Part shown: piece after piece, positions 42,101-48,720 of the stretch | Numbering within the stretch: position 1 is the stretch's first letter | Layout of the letters: every line of letters starts with the position of its first letter | From: Methylococcaceae bacterium | Lineage (GTDB): Bacteria > Pseudomonadota > Gammaproteobacteria > Methylococcales > Methylomonadaceae | NCBI GenBank assembly: GCA_049656545.1 | Contig: JBASLW010000084.1 | Location: 1 to 50,293 of the forward strand | DNA: 50,293 nucleotides | Direction of reading: 5' to 3' | Made by a program: the position numbers and the translations under genes | Notes under the pieces: generated by a model | What the model was told of the DNA's origin: nothing | Databases searched by the model: none | Seen by the model: the letters and a program-made list of their open reading frames with translations, nothing else

Positions 42101-42547
42101 ATGAAAAAAATAACAACAATAATCATCAATGGAATGTTAGTTTTTGCGGTACAAAATACCGCATTTGCAACACACGAAGATGTAACTAAAACGTCTGATA
42201 CTGACAAAATAAGTCAGCTTGAAAATGTAGTCAAAAATCTTGAGGCGCGTGTCAGCCAATTAGAAAAACTGACCAAATTGCCACATTCTGAAGCCTCTCA
42301 CGAAGAAGAAAAAATTGACCCTAAATCAGGTTGGAAATACAGAAAATCTTGGTTACAACTCAAAGTAGGAATGCCAACGCAGCAAGTTGACAAGATTTTA
42401 GGTCATCCTACTAGAATTGATAATATGGGGGGCGGGTTTAAAAAATTCTTTTATTGGGGTGAACTACCTACAGGTGCAATTAGCGGTTATCTCGAAATGT
42501 ATGAAGGTAAAATTTACAAAATTTATATTCCTGAATTTCATGAATAA
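42101..42547 (+). CDS. Hypothetical secreted protein (coiled-coil N-terminus, BamE/SmpA-OmlA-like C-terminus?)
   Basis: 148 aa with a signal peptide (MKKITTIIINGMLVFAVQNTAFA). C-terminal LKVGMPTQQVDKILGHP...FYWG resembles small BamE-like domains. Weak call. Confidence 0.55.
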   Translation: MKKITTIIINGMLVFAVQNTAFATHEDVTKTSDTDKISQLENVVKNLEARVSQLEKLTKLPHSEASHEEEKIDPKSGWKYRKSWLQLKVGMPTQQVDKILGHPTRIDNMGGGFKKFFYWGELPTGAISGYLEMYEGKIYKIYIPEFHE

Positions 42548-42573
42548 AATTGTTAAATTTCCAAAAAAGAAAA

Positions 42574-42601
42574 ACCGCCTGATGATGACTCATCAGGCGG
42601 T
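42574..42601. terminator. Intrinsic terminator closing the chemosensory operon (minus strand; also usable from plus)
   Basis: ACCGCCTGATGA-TGAC-TCATCAGGCGGT, a 12-bp perfect stem. On the minus strand it is followed by TTTTCTTTTTT. Confidence 0.65.
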
Positions 42602-42657
42602 CTTTCCCCACTTTTTTCAACAACAAACAAACTTAAAACACACTAACACTTTTTCAA

Positions 42658-43386
42658 CTAAACACCTGTACCAACTTGTAACGAATCAAACCAATCTAAG
42701 AAGCGTTTTACATCGTCACCTTTAAACATCCGTCCATGTTGAGGAGCTAAAATATCAATATCTAAATTTCTAACACGGTCAATCCAAGCACGTTTTGCTT
42801 GATTTGATGGCATCATACGTTGATGGTAATAACGCATTTTTTCAACGTGAACATCAAAACGTTCTACGAAAACAGGCGCACCTGCATTTTCAAATGCAGA
42901 ACCGACACTGCCACACATCAAAATTTTCGCAACAGGATCATAAACATGAAAACCACAAGGCGAATGTAAATAATGAGCAGGAATCAATTGCAATTCAACC
43001 GCTTCAATTTTAATCGTTTCGCCATTATCTGGAATTGGCACATATTCAATTGATTCACAACCGAAATGTCTAATGTAACCTTCCCACAACGCAGGCGCGT
43101 GTAATCTCGCATTTGATAAGGCTTGATCCCACAAACCTAACGATGAAATCACGTCAGGGTCTTGATGCGAAGCAAATAAATCGGTGATTTGTTCAACAGG
43201 TGCATGATGCAAAACAGCTGCCATCATCGGCGCAAATAACTCTGTACCACCTGGCTCAAGTAATAAACATTTATTCGCTGTGCGAACAATATATTGATTA
43301 CTATCAATAATGTTATCGGGTTTATTTTCGTCGCGCCCAAACATCACCCATTGATGCGCTCCTTCGTAAATTTTAGTCATTTTCAT
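42658..43386 (-). CDS. ODP-like protein: stand-alone flavodiiron-type metallo-beta-lactamase-fold domain
   Basis: 242 aa, collinear with the N-terminal MBL domain of flavodiiron proteins (QYIV....LLLEPGG, ASHQDPDV at the HxExDH position, IPAHYLHSP, LMCGSVGSAF, RYYHQRMMP, APQHGRMF). No flavodoxin domain. Strong RBS (AGAGGAG). Last gene of the che operon. Confidence 0.6.
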   Translation of the reverse strand: MKMTKIYEGAHQWVMFGRDENKPDNIIDSNQYIVRTANKCLLLEPGGTELFAPMMAAVLHHAPVEQITDLFASHQDPDVISSLGLWDQALSNARLHAPALWEGYIRHFGCESIEYVPIPDNGETIKIEAVELQLIPAHYLHSPCGFHVYDPVAKILMCGSVGSAFENAGAPVFVERFDVHVEKMRYYHQRMMPSNQAKRAWIDRVRNLDIDILAPQHGRMFKGDDVKRFLDWFDSLQVGTGV

Positions 43387-43404
43387 GAAAATGCTGCTCC
43401 TCTT

Positions 43405-44019
43405 TTAACTATTGCGATAAATGGATAATGCGATTCGGCAACGTTGCACATTATCATGAATGGTATGTGCGGCTTTATCGACACTTTCGGCGACCGCTTG
43501 CAAACTTTGCAAATACTCACCTGCTTGCGATGCTTCAATGCGAGAGTTTGCCGCAATAACACGGGCAGCTCTGGCATGGTGCATCACCGCTTCGAGTTGC
43601 CCCAACAATTGTGTAACATCACGTTTAAATTGACGTTGACAATCTTGCATAATGGTTCGTGCATGTGTAATCGGTTCTTGCATTGAATCCGCATAACGTG
43701 CGCCAACGGCTAATTTTCCAACTTGTTCAAAGCGGTTGTAAGCGGCGGTACGTCTGTATTCATTCACGGTTAAACGGTACAAAAGTAACGCATAAACGTT
43801 GATATTGGTGACTAATTCAATGGTTTCTTTTGCTAATTCGTTAATAAAATCGGTAATCGGTTGAAAGCCTTTCGCTTTATCACCTGCGCGAAACGCAATG
43901 GCTTTTGCATTTGCAGCGGCTAACGAAATTTCTTTTGCCACGACCATAACGGCACTCAACTCCGACGTAATCGAAGCGACCGCGATAAATTGTGATTTTG
44001 TCTGACTGTTCATAATCAT
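43405..44019 (-). CDS. Small soluble MCP-signalling-domain-like protein with two hairpin-tip-like motifs
   Basis: 204 aa with no TM segment. Residues 30-66 (EISLAAANAKAIAFRAGDKAKGFQPITDFINELAKET) and 153-184 (RVIAANSRIEASQAGEYLQSLQAVAESVDKAA) both align to the MCP tip consensus [31 protein letters not shown]. Confidence 0.6.
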   Translation of the reverse strand: MIMNSQTKSQFIAVASITSELSAVMVVAKEISLAAANAKAIAFRAGDKAKGFQPITDFINELAKETIELVTNINVYALLLYRLTVNEYRRTAAYNRFEQVGKLAVGARYADSMQEPITHARTIMQDCQRQFKRDVTQLLGQLEAVMHHARAARVIAANSRIEASQAGEYLQSLQAVAESVDKAAHTIHDNVQRCRIALSIYRNS

Positions 44020-44075
44020 AAGGTCTCTATTCGCCTGAAAAATAATAGCGTTGATATTGAAAAAAACGAGCCGTT

Positions 44076-45149
44076 TTAGCGCAATCCTGTTTTAACTAAT
44101 GCCAAAACTTTCTCGGCAATATCATCTAATGGCACAACATAATCCGCGCAACCCAATTTAAAGGCAGCACCAGGCATTCCCCAAACAACACTCGACGCTT
44201 CATCTTGTACAATAGTTTTTGCACCCGATTCTTTCATTGCTTGCATCCCAATTGCGCCATCTGCTCCCATTCCTGTTAGCAAAACGCATACCGCATTTGA
44301 ACCTGTACATTTTGCAGCGGAATGAAACAACACATCAACAGAAGGTTTATGTCGATTAACAGGCGCACCGTCTTGTAATTGAATAATGTACTGGTTGTTG
44401 TTTCGTATCACTTCCATGTGTTGATCGCCAGGTGCAAGATAGATATTGCCCCATTCAACAACCTGTCCATGAGTCGGAATACTGGCAGTCATATCGGTCG
44501 CTGCGTCAATATGTTTAACAAATGAATCACTAAATGCCGCTGGTAAATGTTGTGTAATCAAAATGGGCGGACAATCTGCTGGCAGTGTTTTAACAACCAC
44601 TTTAATCGCTTCTGTACCACCTGTGGACGAACCGAGTACGATAATTTTATTAAATCCTGTCGCATTTCGTGCCGCAATCATGCGTTTAATTGCCAACGTT
44701 TCTTGCGAATGCTGCGCGGCTTCGCCATGACCTTGAAGCGTTTTTAAATTTGTGCGTGACGCAATGCGAACTTTTGAAATAATTTCAGCCGTGTAATCAG
44801 CTAATCCTGTTTCAGTGTTACCTTTGGGTTTTGCTAAAAAATCCACTGCCCCAATCGCCAACGCTTCAAGTGTTGCTTCTGCACCGCGTTCTGTTAGCGT
44901 CGAAATCATGACAACAGGCGTTGGACGCAAGCGCATTAAATTTCGTAAAAACGTAATGCCATCCATTTGCGGCATTTCAATATCGAGTGTTAATACATCA
45001 GGATTGAGTTGTTTAATCATTTCCCGAGCAATTAGCGGATTTTCAGCCGCACCAACCACTTCAATATCGTCAGCGGTTTCTAATATACTCGTTAAAATTT
45101 TGCGGACTAACAATGAATCATCAATAATCAATACACGGATTTTATTCAT
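44076..45149 (-). CDS. cheB: Chemotaxis response regulator protein-glutamate methylesterase CheB
   Basis: 357 aa. REC (VLIIDDS, LTLDIEMPQMDG) plus an esterase domain (GSSTGGTEA, the HMEV region, LTGMGADG). Confidence 0.95.
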   Translation of the reverse strand: MNKIRVLIIDDSLLVRKILTSILETADDIEVVGAAENPLIAREMIKQLNPDVLTLDIEMPQMDGITFLRNLMRLRPTPVVMISTLTERGAEATLEALAIGAVDFLAKPKGNTETGLADYTAEIISKVRIASRTNLKTLQGHGEAAQHSQETLAIKRMIAARNATGFNKIIVLGSSTGGTEAIKVVVKTLPADCPPILITQHLPAAFSDSFVKHIDAATDMTASIPTHGQVVEWGNIYLAPGDQHMEVIRNNNQYIIQLQDGAPVNRHKPSVDVLFHSAAKCTGSNAVCVLLTGMGADGAIGMQAMKESGAKTIVQDEASSVVWGMPGAAFKLGCADYVVPLDDIAEKVLALVKTGLR

Positions 45150-45161
45150 GTTTGGCTCGAC

Positions 45162-45797
45162 TTAAAATAACTCAACATCGCCTTCAACAGGCAACTCTTT
45201 AATGTTTCTGGAGTATTGACGTTCCCGTTGAGCAATAGTGTCATTGTGTAAATCTTGAATTTTTTTCATACCGACTTTGCCCGTTTTAGGAAAATAAATC
45301 ACTTTTCGTGGATAAATATCTCCTAAATCTTTGGACAATAACGCTAACCCTTCTTGGTCGATGTAATCCAAAACAAAACTGATATTTCGTTCTCCCACAT
45401 CGCTTAACGTCGGAATAATTTTTCCACCACCAAACACTTTGACTTCTAAATTTTTACGTTTTCCACCATTTGACAAAATGGTGTTAATTAAATGTTCCAT
45501 CGCGTAATTGCCGTAACGTGTAGCATTACCAATCATCGCGTCACTACCTTGGCGCATTTTTTCCGCGTACGTTTCAGGCAACATAAAATGATTCATACCA
45601 CCAATACCTGTTTCTTTATCTCGAATACAGGCTGCAATACACGAACCTAACACGGTGGTAATTAACTCATTTTGAGTTGTAACGTAGTATTCGCCTGGCA
45701 AAATCTTGGCGGCAATAACGCCATGATCTTGATCTAAATAACGATTCACATGGTCAAAACCTTGAACCGAGGGTCTGTCAATTTGATTGCGATCCAT
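45162..45797 (-). CDS. cheD: Chemoreceptor glutamine deamidase CheD
   Basis: 211 aa with TVLGSCIAACIRD, GIGGMNHFMLPE and VKVFGGG. Confidence 0.9.
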   Translation of the reverse strand: MDRNQIDRPSVQGFDHVNRYLDQDHGVIAAKILPGEYYVTTQNELITTVLGSCIAACIRDKETGIGGMNHFMLPETYAEKMRQGSDAMIGNATRYGNYAMEHLINTILSNGGKRKNLEVKVFGGGKIIPTLSDVGERNISFVLDYIDQEGLALLSKDLGDIYPRKVIYFPKTGKVGMKKIQDLHNDTIAQRERQYSRNIKELPVEGDVELF

Positions 45798-45803
45798 TTT
45801 ATT

Positions 45804-46640
45804 TTATATATTTTTTCTATAACTGGTGGTTGCCACTAATTCAAACTCGCTTGAAAGCTGATTCAAGGACTCTGAATGTCCAATAAATAACCAAGATTTA
45901 CTCACCAACAGTTTAGCATAACGTTTTGCAAGCGCAGCTTTAGTTTCGCGGTCAAAATAGATCAATACATTACGACAAAAAATTACATCAAATGGCGTAG
46001 TCATTGACCATTCCTGCATCAAATTAAGTTGCCGAAACTGAATGATTTCTTGCAATTGCGGTTTAACTTTAACGTATTCAGGTGATGATTTACTTTTCAT
46101 AAACCAACGTTTTAAAACAGACGTTGGTAATTCAGCAATTCTGTCTTGAGCATAAATGCCTTCTGAAGCCGTTTGTAAAACTTGCGTATCTAAATCGGTC
46201 GCTAAAATTTTAACATCCCAATCTGACGGGACATTTTCAAGCATCGTCATTGCGATAGAATAAGGTTCTTCACCTGTTGAACAACCCGCAGACCAAATCC
46301 GAATTTGTTTTGTTGCCGCATTACGTTTTAACAATTCAGGAATGACAACTTCACGCAAATAATCAAAATGGTGCATTTCACGGAAAAATGACGTGAGATT
46401 TGTCGTAATTGCGTTAATAAAATCGGTAAATTCCTCTTCATGATTGCTTTGCAAATAATCGCAATACTCTGAAAAGTCGTTTAACCCCAAACGGCGTACT
46501 CGTTTTGAAAGACGTGAATAAAACATATCAAAACGTTCGTCTGGTACTTGAATTCCTGAATGGGAATTCGACAATTTTCTTAAAACGTTAAAGTCTTCGA
46601 CGGTAAATTTAAATTCACGCTCTTTTTCTACAATAGCCAT
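45804..46640 (-). CDS. cheR: Chemotaxis protein methyltransferase CheR
   Basis: 278 aa with TNLTSFFRE, IRIWSAGCSTGEEPYSIAM and IFCRNVLIYFD. Confidence 0.93.
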   Translation of the reverse strand: MAIVEKEREFKFTVEDFNVLRKLSNSHSGIQVPDERFDMFYSRLSKRVRRLGLNDFSEYCDYLQSNHEEEFTDFINAITTNLTSFFREMHHFDYLREVVIPELLKRNAATKQIRIWSAGCSTGEEPYSIAMTMLENVPSDWDVKILATDLDTQVLQTASEGIYAQDRIAELPTSVLKRWFMKSKSSPEYVKVKPQLQEIIQFRQLNLMQEWSMTTPFDVIFCRNVLIYFDRETKAALAKRYAKLLVSKSWLFIGHSESLNQLSSEFELVATTSYRKNI

Positions 46641-46668
46641 TTACGCCCGCCCCTAACTTGCGACACCA

Positions 46669-47388
46669 CTACTCAGATATTTCAAGCACTGATAATAAAT
46701 CCAATAATTTAGCGGATTCAATAAATCGCGCTGATGGATAAATAATGTTGATAGTTTTGCCTAAATTTGGTGCATCTTTTTTTAGAGAAACTAACATTTG
46801 AAATGTGGCGGTATCAATGGTTGTGACATCTGAAGCGTTAATTTCAATTGTATCGTGAGCTGCCAACGTTTTTTTGAATGTTTCATGAAGTTCAGCAATC
46901 GTTTTCAAACTGGCTTCACTTCCTAATTCCACTAACGGTTCAATGAATGCGTCAATGATTTCTTCTTCAATAACAGTTTCTTCAGGCATCGCGTCACTCT
47001 CAGTCTGGGCTTCTTCGGTTTGTTCGCTAATTTCCTCAACAAGAGCATCTAAAACTGCGTTTTCCGTTTGCGATTCAGTGTTTTCGGATGCAACATCAAT
47101 TTGAATTGCTACGTTTTCGTTTGCTTCAATCGTAATTTCAATTTCGCCGTTTTCATCAATGCTTACGTCAATTTCAACTTCTTCATCAACAATTTCGTCT
47201 GTTTTTTCCAACACAACGGGCAATTCTTCAGGTGTTTCTGCTACGTTTTCAGTTTCTTCAATAACAGGCGCGGTTTTCGATTTCGCTTTTGCTCGCACCT
47301 TTTTTACTGGCGCAACAGGAACGTCGTCAATCGTTTCGCCATCCATCCATGCTAAAGGATCGTAACCAATTAAATTATTTGTTGTCAT
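46669..47388 (-). CDS. Highly acidic protein with N-terminal basic peptide and C-terminal STAS (anti-sigma-antagonist-like) domain
   Basis: 239 aa. N-terminus LIGYDPLAWM then VKKVRAKAKSK, a Glu/Asp-rich linker of about 120 aa, and a C-terminal region of about 90 aa with a STAS-like pattern (LKTIAELHETFKK...IEINASDVTTIDTATFQMLVSL). The start overlaps the parA-like stop by 14 nt. Confidence 0.55.
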   Translation of the reverse strand: MTTNNLIGYDPLAWMDGETIDDVPVAPVKKVRAKAKSKTAPVIEETENVAETPEELPVVLEKTDEIVDEEVEIDVSIDENGEIEITIEANENVAIQIDVASENTESQTENAVLDALVEEISEQTEEAQTESDAMPEETVIEEEIIDAFIEPLVELGSEASLKTIAELHETFKKTLAAHDTIEINASDVTTIDTATFQMLVSLKKDAPNLGKTINIIYPSARFIESAKLLDLLSVLEISE

Positions 47389-48148
47389 TGTTCATTACTC
47401 TATTTTCAAGAAAATCATTGGCAAGGTTGCGGAAATCTCGTGCAGAACGGCTTTTAGGACTGTATTCCAAAATCGTTTGCCCAAAACTAGGACATTCGGC
47501 AAGCAAGGCAGTTTCACGAATGACGGTCGCTAAAACCTGATTCGGGAAATGTGACAATAAAATGTTTAATACCTGATCTGAAATTCGGCGTGTCGAAATA
47601 AACCGAGAAATCACCACGGACAATTTATATTGTCTTTTCAACGCCCCTTCAAAGCGTTTCACTGTCGCCATTAAATGCGATAAACCTTGCAACGATAAGA
47701 AATCACTCGCCATTGGTACTAAAATTTCATGCGTGGCAATTAACGCATTTGCGACAAGTAAGCCAGACGATGGTGGACAATCAATAAAGATAAAATCTTG
47801 ATCGACAAGTTGTCCTTTTAACGCATCACGCAACAAAACGCCTCTCGGTGTTCCGTTATTACTCATTTGTTCAACATCTTTGAGCTTTGAACCTGCGGGA
47901 ATCAATTGCAAATTCTCACGCACTTTTATTGTGACATCTTCAACCGTTTTTTCTTTAAGCATTGCTAAGTCAATGCCCTGAAGATCGTGAGAAATAACAC
48001 CAAATGAAACGGCTAAATGTCCTTGCGGGTCAAAATCAATCACCGTTACTTTTTTGCCTAATTCCGCTAATGCGTGACACAAATTCGCCGTCGTCGTCGT
48101 TTTACCTACGCCGCCTTTTTGATTGATAATGGCAATTAAACGTGTCAT
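47375..48148 (-). CDS. ParA/MinD-family ATPase embedded in the che operon (ParC/PpfA-like)
   Basis: 257 aa with the deviant Walker A (INQKGGVGKTTT), IIDCPPS-type Walker B (FIFIDCPPS) and a ParA-like C-terminus. Confidence 0.85.
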   Translation of the reverse strand: MTRLIAIINQKGGVGKTTTTANLCHALAELGKKVTVIDFDPQGHLAVSFGVISHDLQGIDLAMLKEKTVEDVTIKVRENLQLIPAGSKLKDVEQMSNNGTPRGVLLRDALKGQLVDQDFIFIDCPPSSGLLVANALIATHEILVPMASDFLSLQGLSHLMATVKRFEGALKRQYKLSVVISRFISTRRISDQVLNILLSHFPNQVLATVIRETALLAECPSFGQTILEYSPKSRSARDFRNLANDFLENRVMNNDNK

Positions 48149-48150
48149 GT

Positions 48151-48681
48151 CTACAAGTCTTCAGCTTCAGCAAAATCTGAAATAGCTTCCATGTCATCAA
48201 CTTCATCTGGATTGAGAAGTTTATCGACATCAAGCAACATAATCATATTTTGTTTATAAACGTGCATTCCTCGCATATAACGAGTGTCAAGTTGCGAACC
48301 AAAATTTGGGGCTTTTTTGATTTCATTCGTTTTAATATCAAGTACATCCGATACCGCATCTGCCACAATTCCCATGACAAATGTATCAGTACGATGATGT
48401 TTAATACATAAAACAATAACAACCGTTTTGTGTGTATATTCGCAATGTTCAAGTGAAAAACGTTCGCGCAAATCGACAATTGGAATCACAGAGCCACGCA
48501 AATTCAAAACGCCTTTGATAAAAGAAGGGGCATTAGGAATAACACGAACAGCTTCCCACCCTCTGATTTCTTGTACTTTTAAAATTTCCACGCCATAGAC
48601 TTCGTTAGCGAGTTCAAACGTTAAAAATTGTTCGATTTGTTTAGGATCTATTTGTTTATTTGAATCAGTTGTCATGGTCAT
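48151..48681 (-). CDS. cheW: Chemotaxis coupling protein CheW
   Basis: 176 aa with FLTFELANEVYGVEILKVQEI and GVLNLRGSVIPIVDLR. Confidence 0.93.
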   Translation of the reverse strand: MTMTTDSNKQIDPKQIEQFLTFELANEVYGVEILKVQEIRGWEAVRVIPNAPSFIKGVLNLRGSVIPIVDLRERFSLEHCEYTHKTVVIVLCIKHHRTDTFVMGIVADAVSDVLDIKTNEIKKAPNFGSQLDTRYMRGMHVYKQNMIMLLDVDKLLNPDEVDDMEAISDFAEAEDL

Positions 48682-48720
48682 TCCCAGCGGATTATTTTGA
48701 TTTAACAGTTACAGATTTTA

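Noticed and set aside
43383-43686. ORFs of 64 aa (minus) and 80 aa (plus) overlapping the mini-receptor gene.
   Set aside because: They lie entirely inside the better-supported 204-aa frame, which carries the MCP-like motifs. They have no independent signals.
47068-47365. Plus-strand ORFs of 95 aa and 68 aa (Phe/Asn/Ser-rich).
   Set aside because: They are antisense to the Glu/Asp-rich linker of the STAS protein. They are compositional shadows with no RBS or context.
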